63,772 nt of DNA, filler included, from Globobulimina sp. (GCA_003354225.1; 31 parts of 31 records of this genome joined end to end with filler, not necessarily neighbours in it), one strand, 5' to 3'; positions 50,506-62,259 are shown, counted from the first letter of the whole stretch. The notes: generated from the sequence alone by a model not told the origin. Numbers and translations are program-made.

Positions 50506-51065
50506 GGGGATTTTGGTTATTTTATTATCTGTATATAACGTACATGCATGGTTCTAAAAAGTTTTCAATTAATTTAATGGATTAAAAGTCGAATTTCGGT
50601 GATCGGTCGACATTCGGAAATTCAGATATTTGGCAGCCCTCGGCCGATTCCATAATCGCAGAGCAAAACCCGAAAAAATATGTTGTTCTGCTATAGCCAG
50701 GTTAATTCCCTTGCAATTCAGTAAAACGTAACTAGCTGTTCCAGTAAATGGGTCGTTTCCCACACTTTGGGGTATGATTCATAGGTGGAATCGGAAAACA
50801 AAATGAAGTTAGTAGGTCTAGTATGTATGTTCCAAATTTCATCCCTATCCGTCCAGTAGAAAATTAGATATATGGCCTGCACAAACAGAGAGAAGAACAA
50901 AAAACACGGGACGGTTTGCAATTAAATATTCCACAAATTAACTGCAGACTTTCGACAAACAAATGACCGGTTGGGGTTTTCTTTATTCATTGTTAGCAGG
51001 CGTACTGCTTTGCAAATCAATTGTGGCTCCGAGTACTTACTAAAGTTTACATCATTTGAGAACAA

Positions 51066-51147
51066 CTGCTCGATGGCTCAGTCGGTTGTCGTTGCACTTA
51101 ATAACCCAGAGGTCGTGGGTTCAAAACCGTCGGTCGTCAATTTTTTT
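51066..51147 (+). pseudogene. tRNA-derived sequence (initiator-Met-like) with A box, B box and T7 terminator
   Basis: TGGCTCAGTCGG, ATAACCCAGAGGTCG, GGTTCAAAACC, TTTTTTT; anticodon stem does not pair. Confidence 0.7.
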
Positions 51148-51254
51148 ATCTTATTTTCCAATTATCGTACTTTTGTTGGACATTGCGTCGCGTTGCGTGA
51201 TTGAGATAGAAGACGCAAGAAGACGCCAGATTGAATGAAGGAAGGGGGACACGA

Positions 51255-51281
51255 ACCTACCTACCTACCTACCTACCTACC
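51255..51281. repeat. (CCTA)n microsatellite
   Basis: Read directly from sequence, about 6 units. Confidence 0.95.
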
Positions 51282-51517
51282 AAGCTCTGCAATGATAAAG
51301 GATTTTAACTAACATTATACCGCGCGCGTCTTGACGCGCGGGTAATGAGACGATTGAATGATTCATATTCTTAAAACAAATCACATTTTATAACATGTTT
51401 GTGTCACACTGTTGAAGNNNNNNNNNNNNNNNNNNNNNNNNNNNNNNNNNNNNNNNNNNNNTTAATTAATTAANNNNNNNNNNNNNNNNNNNNNNNNNNN
51501 NNNNNNNNNNNNNNNNN

Positions 51518-52797
51518 ACAAAAAAAGAATCCGAGCAGTCAATAATAAGAAGTTTAAGAACAAGGCCAATATGAATATGATCCAATTTAATCCGCAGGAA
51601 GAGAATGAGTTCATTCCTAAAAAAGATCGCATCCGATTCAAACATGTCTCGTTGGATTATTACGATGGATATTTATGGAAACAATCGTCGAAATCGAAGA
51701 AGAAATGGCAAAAACGGTGGTTTGTGCTCACAAATGGAGAACTGGAATATTTCCGCAATCCGAAACAAAGGAATAAGATTAAAAATAAAAATAAAGGCAA
51801 GAATGGCCAGAACAAGGAATACATTGGGAACACGGCCTTATGCAAAGTGAAAAAAGCCGTCGAGCATGATTTTAATTACGTTTTTTCGATCATCACTCCG
51901 TCGCAGAGAGTGTATGTGTTGCAGGCGCAGACCGGCAATGCCTACGATGAATGGTTTTATGTGTTAAGCAACCAATGCGCGCGGCTCATATTGCGGAAAA
52001 ACACCATTGATCGATTTAAGCGGCGACGGAAAGAAATTGAAATGAAGTCTTATTCTATAAATGATCAGAATAACTATATTTTTGTGGAGAAGGAAAGGCT
52101 GAAAAAGGAGATCTTTCATTTGAATAAGTTTTGTGCAGACTGCGACCGCATAAATCCAGAATGGTGCAGTATAAATATCGGCGTTTTGTTGTGTATGGAA
52201 TGCTGCGGAGTCCATCGCGGTTTGGGTACCCATATCAGTAAGATGCGGTCGCTTAAACTGGACGATGTGTCGGTGATTAATCTGAAGTTGATATCGAACA
52301 TTGGCGGCAATGAGAAGCTGAATGGCGAACTATTGGAGTCCTGCGCAGATGGCGCGTTTTATGGCTGTGAGTTTTTTAATAAAATCAATTGTGAGTCGTG
52401 TACAGCGAAAGAAAGGTCCAACTTTATTAAAAATAAATATATGTTTAAAATGTTTCTAAATCCAATGCAAATCATGGAGATACAGCAGAAAAAAAAGAAT
52501 ATTAATCAACTTTTATGGAATGCAGTGGCAAATAATGATTTTTTCAAAGTGCTTTATTGTTTGTATTATGGTGCGGATATTAATTATCAATTTGTGAAAT
52601 ATAATAACGCGACGGTTATACATGAAGCGGTGCAAAGAAATTATACGGAAATGGTGCAATTACTGATACATAATGAAGGGAATGCGAATCTTGAGGATGG
52701 TAATGAACAGAAAGCAAATCAAATTGCGATAAAAGAATCATTAAACAATATCGATAATACTGAAATACAAAATATATTGAAAACTGCCGTTTATTGA
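51518..52797 (+). CDS. PH-ArfGAP-ankyrin protein (ACAP/centaurin-like), 5' truncated
   Basis: GYLWKQ..KKWQKRWFVL (PH); CADC..PEWCSINIGVLLCMECCGVHRGLGTHISKMRSLKLD; ankyrin TVIHEAV. Confidence 0.95.
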
Positions 52798-52912
52798 TTG
52801 ATTCGATTCGTTGTTGTTTTTTGTGTATATATTGTTTTTTTGCTTGTATATTTATTGTCTAGTTTTTTCGGATTGATCCTAATTTGCATATTTCCAAATT
52901 AAAATAAACGTC

Positions 52913-53133
52913 ACAATTTTATACTATTTTACAATGTCATCGTGACGCGTGAGATGGAAATCAAACGAAGTGAAGATGCTGAAAACAAAAACATCTGCAC
53001 TATTCAAATAGAACCAGCTCCAATTTATAATAAATAATGTGAAATCACTGTACTATTACAATTTTATACTATTTTACATCGTGACGCGTGAGATGGAAAT
53101 CAAAGTAAGTGAAGATGCTGAAAAACAAAAACA
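52913..53133. repeat. Direct duplication of about 75-80 bp
   Basis: ACAATTTTATACTATTTTACA..TCGTGACGCGTGAGATGGAAATCAAA..AAGTGAAGATGCTGAAAA at about 52913 and 53058. Confidence 0.9.
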
Positions 53134-53161
53134 ACTGTAATATTTATTAATATATATATAG

Positions 53162-53354
53162 GAATCGAAAGCAAAGTCACTAATTCAGTGCAATTTTATT
53201 CGTCCCAGCAACGATATCAAGGTTTCTGGTAATTCTGTATTATATCCTTTTCAACAAATATGATTGATATAATTAAACATTTATTCGATTAGTCTAATAA
53301 ATATAGACTGTACGCGGATAAAATCAACTGAATTATCGACTTTGCTTTCAATTC
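53162..53354. mobile_element. MITE-like element with imperfect TIRs of about 40 bp
   Basis: GAATCGAAAGCAAAGTCACTAATTCAGT versus reverse complement GAATTGAAAGCAAAGTCGATAATTCAGT; no clear TSD. Confidence 0.6.
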
Positions 53355-53710
53355 AGTTAAATGCACGAATTCTAATTATATACAAAATAATATTTTTAGA
53401 TAAGATGAAATTACTTGAAACTGTCTCTGATATTTACAGAGTAACTTGCTGCGTGACACCTTGAGTCAAGGTGTCACNNNNNNNNNNNNNNNNNNNNNNN
53501 NNNNNNNNNNNNNNNNNNNNNTTAATTAATTAANNNNNNNNNNNNNNNNNNNNNNNNNNNNNNNNNNNNNNNNNNNNTTTCTAAAATTTGTTTCATTATT
53601 TTGTCGGCTTTATCTTCATCCTTTTCTTTGGGAATTTCGAGCACCTTTCCGCTCCAAAGCACATTATCAGAGAGAATCACGGCCCCTGAATTCATTTTAT
53701 CAATGACAGC

Positions 53711-55222
53711 ATGAAAAAAACCAAAACGCTACGCACCGCCCTGTTATGTGTCATTTTGTTTGCCTTAATAAGCATTATTACCTTGATAAGTGCAACCCAG
53801 ACAAATGCAATCAACATTTTATCCATTCGAAATCAAGATTTTATTAACAATACATTATATGCAAAACATTCAACACTGACTTCTCCTATCCATCCAATGG
53901 AAAATATTTCATTAAACATACCCAAAACAATTTCATTAAACATAACCCAACAACAAAACAAATTGGACTGTAAACATTTTATGACATTCTATATTCGAAT
54001 GTATTGGGGAACGTTTCCATGGCTTAAAGAATGGTTATTGCCATCAATGGAATTATTTTTCCCCGTTCAACTGTGGAATGACAGACTATCAAATCAAAAA
54101 TGTGAACTATTAATTGTTATGGATGAGGAGTCGCTGAAGGACCGTATCTTGGAAGTCAAAATCCAGCGGTTATTCCCTCGGAGTTTGCGGAGAATATTTG
54201 ATGTTCGAATAGCATTTGAAGAGAGGTTCTACAAAGGACAGAATGGACACGATAGGCAACAATGGTCAATGTTTTATAGCGATAAATATATTAAATGTTC
54301 CAAATATATTGCATTTTTGGACACGGATATTAGTTTTAAAACTATTGTATTGCCTTCCACTTTATTTGGTGATCCGACACATTTAAACAATCCATTGGTA
54401 CTCGGACAGCCACAGAGTGAAAATGAACCTTTTTGGAGTAAAATATCATCAAACACAAAACAATGGTTTCTAAAGTCGGAACCATTTCGATGTATGAACT
54501 ATTTCCCTGTGATTCTACATACTAAGCATTTGAAACAACTTCGAGAGACAACCTTGGCACTACAAAACGAGACAGATTTTGTGAATGTACTGCATAAATT
54601 AGGTGCAAGTCACAATAATTCATCATCACAATTTAATGTATTTTGCGCGTTTATATGGTATTATAAACAGAATGAATATAAATTCATTGTCAATAAGAAT
54701 AAGTTGCAACAGATTGAATTTGAGGATAAGCGCTTGTGTGGATATAATTATTCCATCCAACATCAATATAAACCGGCAATGGATGCATTGGAATATGAAT
54801 ATTTTGTGGAAAATTATAAAAATGAATCACTTGTTTCGTTTGAAGGAGGTGTTCAATTGACAACGCACATAAAATATATTACAAATAATAATGGAGTGAA
54901 TCAAACGAAAAATGCAGTTAAATTTGGCTATTGTTTTGCAATTAATTTTAAGAATGATAAGTACTGCAAATGGCATCCAACTCAAATGAATAAAATTGAA
55001 GTACATATTGGTGGTAATTATGGTGCTGCGAAATTGGATTTAAACTGCATAAATTTGCATTTAATCAATCCATATTTGTTTGAGTTTGAAGGTAGACACA
55101 GCGCTGTTTACCAACCAAATATTCAACAAACGATGCAAAGACATTATGTGCAAATAAAGCAATACTTGTTAAATTATAACCATTCGTGGAGTGAGTCACT
55201 TTTGCAATATTTCCTCTGTTAA
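53711..55222 (+). CDS. Type II membrane glycosyltransferase-like (GT-A, DxD) protein
   Basis: N-terminal TM anchor and stem; GHDRQQWSMFYSDKY...YIAFLDTD; FPV; SQFNV. Confidence 0.6.
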   Translation: MKKTKTLRTALLCVILFALISIITLISATQTNAINILSIRNQDFINNTLYAKHSTLTSPIHPMENISLNIPKTISLNITQQQNKLDCKHFMTFYIRMYWGTFPWLKEWLLPSMELFFPVQLWNDRLSNQKCELLIVMDEESLKDRILEVKIQRLFPRSLRRIFDVRIAFEERFYKGQNGHDRQQWSMFYSDKYIKCSKYIAFLDTDISFKTIVLPSTLFGDPTHLNNPLVLGQPQSENEPFWSKISSNTKQWFLKSEPFRCMNYFPVILHTKHLKQLRETTLALQNETDFVNVLHKLGASHNNSSSQFNVFCAFIWYYKQNEYKFIVNKNKLQQIEFEDKRLCGYNYSIQHQYKPAMDALEYEYFVENYKNESLVSFEGGVQLTTHIKYITNNNGVNQTKNAVKFGYCFAINFKNDKYCKWHPTQMNKIEVHIGGNYGAAKLDLNCINLHLINPYLFEFEGRHSAVYQPNIQQTMQRHYVQIKQYLLNYNHSWSESLLQYFLC

Positions 55223-55388
55223 GCACATGCCCTGTACTAGTATTTTACCCATATGCCATTCAGTACTAATTTTACTTAATTCCACTTGACGAATCACTGC
55301 AGTCACAACTATTGAGCTAATTAGACTACTGCCAACTAACTTTTTTTAGCTACTAGTACTTTCAAAGTTAATTACATGTCACTTCCGC

Positions 55389-55480
55389 TTTAGTTTGCCA
55401 ATTTTAAATCGGTTTCCCATTAATGAATTTAACCCAACTTAGTATTAAATTCATATGAAACCGATTTAAAGCAATCTAAA
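55389..55480. repeat. Imperfect hairpin or miniature inverted element
   Basis: TTTAAATCGGTTTC..ATGAATTTAA ... TTAAATTCAT..GAAACCGATTTAAA. Confidence 0.75.
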
Positions 55481-55636
55481 AATAGCCTCTTCAGATTACT
55501 TTTTCAAAAATGGTAAATGCAAGAAATAAGAAAAATNNNNNNNNNNNNNNNNNNNNNNNNNNNNNNNNNNNNNNNNNNNNTTAATTAATTAANNNNNNNN
55601 NNNNNNNNNNNNNNNNNNNNNNNNNNNNNNNNNNNN

Positions 55637-56091
55637 GGGCAAACATTGTGAAACATGGAAAGCATTGGAAAAATTATATCGTGACAGAAAATGCAAAGCT
55701 ATCGGAATCAGTAATTATTTGAATAAAATTTTATCAAACCATCGGTAAATCAGATTTGTTTTCATATTTTCAAAATGAACACGATGTTATCATTCAAGCA
55801 TATAAACCATTGGAAAGAGGCAATGATAATTTATTGAAAAATGACAAAGTACTTGAGATTAGTAAAAAATATGATATTTCTGCAGCGCAAACATGTCTTA
55901 AATGGGGATTTCAACATAAATTTGTGGAATTGGTAAAATCGAAAACACCCTCAAGAATGACTGAAAATATGAATGCGTTGTTTTTGCAGGATTTTGCATC
56001 GCAGGATATGGAGTGTCTTGACTCTATCACTATAGCTGATAATATTGAGGCATGGCACAAGCGATATCTTTCCAGAAAAGCAGGAGTTTAA
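55637..56091 (+). pseudogene. Aldo-keto reductase C-terminal part with internal deletion(s) and frameshift
   Basis: TWKALEKLY..KAIGISNY, IKPSVNQI and IQAYKPL..SAAQTCLKW..KSKTPSRMTEN fall in three different frames. Confidence 0.75.
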
Positions 56092-56489
56092 TCACTTGGA
56101 CCTTGTTTGAAATTTTGTGAAATAGGATTGGCTAATCGAGAAATAATAAAATTGGAATATCTGCTGGAATAGTGAATTTATATATTTTTTTTTTGTGAGG
56201 GAGCAAACCTGTGAGATTTAAAATCTTACTCAATTTGGTCGTTAACACCGTCTATCTTCAAAACACTAACAAGTCACTTCCTCGCCACAGTGACGTTTTC
56301 AACAAAAGTGACGTTTTCAACAAAACAAACGAAACAAAACACAATAAACAAACACAAAACAAATCAAAACATTAAAACATTAACGCAAATTCACATTGAA
56401 ATTTTCAATCTTATAATTGTTGATAATGAGATTCGTAGCATTTTGAGTTTAATTTTCTTCGATTTGAAGGACTTTATTCGATTGAATAT

Positions 56490-57530
56490 TTAATCCGTAG
56501 TAGGAATGAATTTTACTTTTGCCATAGGATCGATTTTCTTACTACGTTTCTTACTACGTTTCTTGCTACGTTTCTTGCTACGTTTCTTACTACGTTTCAA
56601 GTCATTTAATCTTCGCAGAGTGAAATAAAAGTCAGAATACCAATTGATTAAAAGCTTCAATATATCATCTGGTACTTTATGCATATAATTTGAGTTTCTT
56701 ACATATCCAAATATTAACATTTCTGCATTCAACATAATTTCTACTTCATTGTACCGATTTTTTGCAATTTGTATATTACTTTTCATTCTTTTTGTTTTCT
56801 GAACAATATCCCATAAACATTGTGTACATTTATTATCGTTTCCATTTTGCAGTAATGTGTATAAACAAATACATCCGGACACTCGAACTTCTTTATTCTT
56901 ATCACTTAAAATCAGTTTCTTCATATAATACGGCACGATGTCTTTTTTTCTTTTTAATTGTTTTAATTGTTTTAATTGTTTTTTTCCTTTTAAATAACTA
57001 GTTGCTGTTAGAAAATCTAAAACATTTTGACGAACTGTAGCTGATCTGCTCGTCATTGATTCTGTAAAAACGCTTTCATATTCACATAGATTAAAAACTG
57101 TTTTGATCCATATTTCTAATAAGATAGTATTACATAATAATTTATATTTTTTCTCCTTCCATAAATCATAACATATTGTTTGAATTAACGATGTTTGATG
57201 TTTTCTTATCAGCTTAGTTGAACATGATCGAATTAATGTTGGTAACACTTTTAAAATATATATTACTGTTGGTACATGTTGATGATAATCACGTGAATAA
57301 CGATCACGTTGAGCGCTAGCTGAAATACATTGAATTAGAAAATTCATTAAAGCTTTTTCTTTGTCATTTATAGTAATTGTATGAGGGAATGGTTTATTTC
57401 CAGTATCATCACCAGACATTAACTCAACTAATTGCTTCATACATTGATATTTGGGTTTCCATTTAGAATGATAGTCACATTTTTTTGCTTTCAACCACCA
57501 TTCATCAGATAATTCAAATAAAGTGTTCAT
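56490..57530 (-). CDS. Helical-repeat (HEAT/TOG-like) hypothetical protein with KRSK repeat tail
   Basis: 346-aa ORF; SATVRQNVL and DKNKEVRVSG HEAT-like motifs; 12-bp tandem repeat at about 56535-56598. Confidence 0.55.
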   Translation of the reverse strand: MNTLFELSDEWWLKAKKCDYHSKWKPKYQCMKQLVELMSGDDTGNKPFPHTITINDKEKALMNFLIQCISASAQRDRYSRDYHQHVPTVIYILKVLPTLIRSCSTKLIRKHQTSLIQTICYDLWKEKKYKLLCNTILLEIWIKTVFNLCEYESVFTESMTSRSATVRQNVLDFLTATSYLKGKKQLKQLKQLKRKKDIVPYYMKKLILSDKNKEVRVSGCICLYTLLQNGNDNKCTQCLWDIVQKTKRMKSNIQIAKNRYNEVEIMLNAEMLIFGYVRNSNYMHKVPDDILKLLINWYSDFYFTLRRLNDLKRSKKRSKKRSKKRSKKRSKKIDPMAKVKFIPTTD

Positions 57531-57695
57531 GATTTTTGCAGTAACTTCACTTTTACAAAAATTTGCGCGGCATCTATTTAGGAAACCTAGGCTCGNNNNN
57601 NNNNNNNNNNNNNNNNNNNNNNNNNNNNNNNNNNNNNNNTTAATTAATTAANNNNNNNNNNNNNNNNNNNNNNNNNNNNNNNNNNNNNNNNNNNN

Positions 57696-59654
57696 TGTGC
57701 AGTATTTATCATATTGTTTCATTTTAATAAATTCAAATATTTCCTCACAATTTGCTAATAGACCATATGTACAATGCATATTTATTAACTTTATTTGTAC
57801 TTCAGTATCATGCAACATTTCCATATGTTTTGTTTTTAATTGCTGATAAATGTCAAGCGCATTAAGTATATCCAGGGACGCAACAAAAGTACAAGCTGTA
57901 ATTACAATTTTATAGCTTATGATATCGGGTTCAATATTCTCATTAATACAAGATATATTTTCAAACAATTTGATACATTCATAATTCATATTTCCTATAC
58001 AATAAGCATTCATCATTGCATTTACTGTGATTATATCTTTCTTATTATCCTCGATTGACTTAAATATATTTAATGCACCATCTAAATCCTGCGCATTTGC
58101 ATAACAATCAATCAATGTATTTTGTAAAACTAAATTCTCACAATCTACTCCAATACTGTTTGTATTAATTATTTCTTTTCCGCGACCAAAGTCACACATT
58201 TTGCAACATGCTTTCAATACAAGTACTAATATGTTGCTTTCATTTTGTACTGACTCAAATCTATCATATAAATCTAACGCATGCTCATTATTCCTATTAT
58301 CAATGCAGCCCTTCATCATACTCGCTACAAACTGCCCATTCTTTAAAGTATCGTCGACGGAATTAAATATGTTCCAAGCAGTTGTTATATCAAATAAGTT
58401 ATAAAACTCAATCAACAAACTTTTTAAATACATTGTTGTTTGTTTATGGTCATCGATATCCATATTGGAATAAATTAATTTCCCTTTTTCAATATCTTTT
58501 GTTTCAATACATGCTTTCAATGCAAATGAATAACATATTTCATCTTTTTCTGCATCTTTTATATTATCATACAACGCAAGTGCTTCAGCATATAAATTAC
58601 ATTTTAGGTAAGCTTGCAACATGGAATTATATGAAATCTTATCTTTTCCGCCCTCCCCAATGCTGTTAAATACATCCAATGCCTGGACAATACATTTAAA
58701 TTCGCCATAAAAATGAATTAATACGTTTGTGACTTGCAAATCATAGGCAATGTCCTTCAATTTCAAATGTATTTCTTTTCCTTTAATAAAGTCGTTTTTC
58801 AAAATGCATGATTTGATTGCTAATAAATGGCAAATACTATTTTGTTTCCATTCATATTTCTCATACACTTCCAGTGCAAGTTGAGGTTTGTTATTAGTTA
58901 ACAAACATTTCATTATACTTCCAACACTGACTCCGTCTTTTTGGTCCTCAGCAATGCTATCAAATACATTCAACGCAGTATCAACATCTCCCAGCTCGCC
59001 ATAAAAATCAATGAACGCATTTCTCAGATTAATGTCACAATTTTCATTCATTTTTTCATGAATACTCTTTCCTTTATCCAACTGGTTGAGATATTTACAT
59101 ACTTTGAGAGCACAAATATGTGAGATCGCATCATGAAGCCATTGGTATTTATCGTACACAGCCAATGCGGTCTCATATTGATTGCCTTCGATTAAACATT
59201 TCATGATGCTGTTAATGAGTGTGGTATCTTTTTGAGTGTTACTTAATGAATTAAAAATGTTCATTGCTGTGGTGATATCTCCGTATTTTCCATAAACATT
59301 AATGAATGCAGTTTTGATATATACATCATCGATTTTTATCTGTTCAGTTAATGTATGGATTTTATTTATTGTCACAATGTCATGGCTGGATTTGGATATT
59401 ATTTTATTGAGACTGATTGAATAATCTTTCAAATCATATTTTTTATGTATTTTGGACGGACAATCTCGAATTAAGTGTAAAACGAAAATGCATTTATCTA
59501 TGTCAATGTAGTTGAGCTTTGTTGAACATTTCAAAAATAATAGGAATGCTGTGATATTTTCAGGTTGTTGCGATAATTGTTTCATATCATTTTGCAGTGC
59601 AATAAATTTATGCCTATCGTTCAGCGTAAGAAAAAGCTTTAGTATTGTTGTCAT
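57696..59654 (-). CDS. PLS-class pentatricopeptide repeat protein, truncated
   Basis: Repeating triplets, e.g. DGVSVGSIMKCL / HLLAIKSCILKNDFIKGKEIH / TNVLIHFYGEFKCIVQALDVFNSI; late PDIISYKIVITAC motif. Confidence 0.9.
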
Positions 59655-59845
59655 NNNNNNNNNNNNNNNNNNNNNNNNNNNNNNNNNNNNNNNNNNNNTT
59701 AATTAATTAANNNNNNNNNNNNNNNNNNNNNNNNNNNNNNNNNNNNNNNNNNNNTATGATCGAATCTTGTTAATTTTACATCATTGCAAATCTTAATAGT
59801 ACAGACAGGGAAAACAGTGATATTTTCAACATAAACGTATTTTGC

Positions 59846-61464
59846 ATGATGCCTTTGACTAAGGAGCAGAAAGAGTTCCTGCGGATTATTGCAGATGAAC
59901 AGATTGAATATGTTCGCTTGGAGTTTTGTGATACATATTGCAGGTCATTGGGGAAAATCGTACCAGCAACAGATATAAAAAATTATCTCCAACATGGATT
60001 TTGGTCACCACCGATGTGGACAGGTATTTTGAGTCTATATACTTTAGAATAGGACCTGTTTGAAACACCGCGTTTTAGAAAAATTGAAACCTATGGAGAG
60101 GTCATCACCATCTCCCAACAAAACTACTTGCGAATTTGCGGATTTTAAATACAATGTGTTTCAAACGGCCTATTCTAAAGTACATATAAAAAATAAAAAA
60201 AATATCCCCACGATGCACATATAAAAACACTACAGTGGCACCACGACATTTGAATCCTGTTTTTGATGATTTTGTAACAACATCAAATTGGAAATGCCTT
60301 TTACATATAGATACATATAAAAAATTGCCATCAACTATTTGTCTTAAAACGTATAACCAAATCCCAACTAAAATGGCGCGTATTATGTATTCTCCATTGC
60401 CACCATACAATATCATGGACCCTCGATCAGTTTGCATCGATAGAATAAAAACATTAAAAAAAGAATTAGGATATGAGTTATATTCAGCTTTCGAACATGA
60501 ATTCCAAGTGTTTAAGAAACAGCAACTTTCAAATAAAGAAGTGCCGTGCTGGGACAATGTGCCGTTTTGTAACAATTTGGAGATTTTAGGCAATGGCTCG
60601 GGTTCGTTTATGGTGGAATGCGAGAGAAGTTTGCGTGCAATGGATATCAAATTAGAAGCAATGCATCTAGAGGGTGGTCCGGGACAATATGAGTGGTCAA
60701 TGAAACCAACATTTGGTATCCAAGCAGCTGACCATTCATTTTTATATAAAAGCACTATTAAACAAATTGCAATGACTCATGGTTTACGCGCAACCTTCAC
60801 AACAACACCGCAATGCGATGAAACACAATTTAATTCCAATGGCGCGCATTTTAATCATTCCTTATGGAGAGATGGGGAAAATGTATTTTTTGACGCAACT
60901 TCTGCTGATAAATTATCATTGATTGCCAGATATTGGGTGGGAGGAATATTGCATCATTTGGATAGTTTGACAGCATTTGCAGTATCCACAGTAAATTGTT
61001 ATCGTCGCATAAATAATGTTCATAATTGGTCGCCATGTACGGCATCGTATGGTTTTGATAACAGATTGGTTATGATTCGAATTAAAGTGGATGGTAACAA
61101 CCCGAATGGCTGCTATATCGAATATAGATTAGCATGTTCCGCATCAAACCCATATCATATTATTACATCCATATTAATTGCCGGTGTGGATGGTATTAAA
61201 AATAAAATATTACCCAAATATCCTCCACATTTGGATCCAGTGAGTGATCCCAATTTAAATGAAACTTATCCAAAAATACCAAACAATTTGAATGCTGCGT
61301 TGAATGCTTTAGTTGAAGATAAAGTAATTTGTAATGGATTTGGACACAAATTTATTGATTTATATGTAAAACTTAAAAAAGTGGAAATGGAAATGGTTGA
61401 TGAGTATACACAAAAATTTGGTGATCGCAATAAAGCTGAAAAATATCTGTTTGCAAAGCTATAA
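59846..61464 (+). CDS. Glutamine synthetase type I-like (lengsin / gamma-glutamyl ligase-like); intron 60024-60235
   Basis: YVRLEFCD..GKIVP, DPR, AFEHEF, EGGPGQYE, NGAHFNHSLW, YRR, YGFDNR, IEYR..SNPY; phase-1 intron joins exons. Confidence 0.9.
60042..60180. mobile_element. 139-bp MITE with TA target-site duplication inside the GS-like intron
   Basis: TA-CTTTAGAATAGGACCTGTTTGAAACAC ... GTGTTTCAAACGGCCTATTCTAAAG-TA. Confidence 0.9.
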
Positions 61465-61813
61465 TGTGTCATCTAATTTATTTAGTTGCATTCCATGAGT
61501 ATAATAATTAATAATTGCAATATAGACTTTTTTTTTTAAATAATTATTGATTTTTTATTTATGTATATTTTATTAATTTATGTATATTTTTGTATAGTTT
61601 GTTGGTTTTGGATTGTATGTTAAATTTGTTATATTTTTGTTTTTGATTTGTATGCAATCCATTTTTTGTATTTTGTCCATTTATTTTGTCCATTTAATTA
61701 GTTTCAATTAACCNNNNNNNNNNNNNNNNNNNNNNNNNNNNNNNNNNNNNNNNNNNNTTAATTAATTAANNNNNNNNNNNNNNNNNNNNNNNNNNNNNNN
61801 NNNNNNNNNNNNN

Positions 61814-62200
61814 GGAAAATAAGGCTAAGCGAGTATTTTTTTCTTGAGTGATAATGTATTGACGAATATACCAAGACACCACACCCGCTATAAGTACAAT
61901 GGTAATGCCATAAAGAGTGACTAACCAATGAGATCTATCCATCTGGACTAATGTGGCTTGATGACCTTCATCTACTGTTTTCTGCGTTTGCTGCTCTACC
62001 GATTTTAACGTGGGTAAAAGTTGCTTTCTTACTGTGGTCACCTTAGATAATATATCGCGCAATTCATCCCAGTTATCTTCATCAACCTGCATAACTTGAT
62101 AAAATTCGCTAAATAATTTTTGTATTTCCTCTTGCCCTTTAGCGATTAAAGTCGTCTCCTTCGCAAAACGTGCTTGCGATAAGATAACCGAAAAGTGCAT
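61814..62200 (-). CDS. Bacterial-type membrane sensor fragment (helical periplasmic domain plus TM, GGDEF/EAL-type layout)
   Basis: Amphipathic helices, TM WLVTLYGITIVLIAGVVSWYI, then NTRLALFS; higher GC than the neighbouring gene. Confidence 0.55.
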
Positions 62201-62259
62201 ATCAAAAGTATTTATTATGGATTCAAAATAAAAACATCATCTCAGATATCGAACAGTTG

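Larger units (their letters stand above)
49458..51346 (-). mobile_element. Helentron-associated non-autonomous element (HINE/DINE-1-like); distal end probably beyond the contig
   Basis: Minus-strand terminus TTACCCGCGCGTCAAGACGCGCGCGGTATAATG (hairpin), then (GTAG)n, CCAA(A/G)TTTCATC cores at about 49481 and 50832, and internal tandem repeats; no ORF. Confidence 0.6.

Noticed and set aside
51066-51140. Functional tRNA gene
   Set aside because: Anticodon and acceptor stems pair poorly; kept only as tRNA-derived
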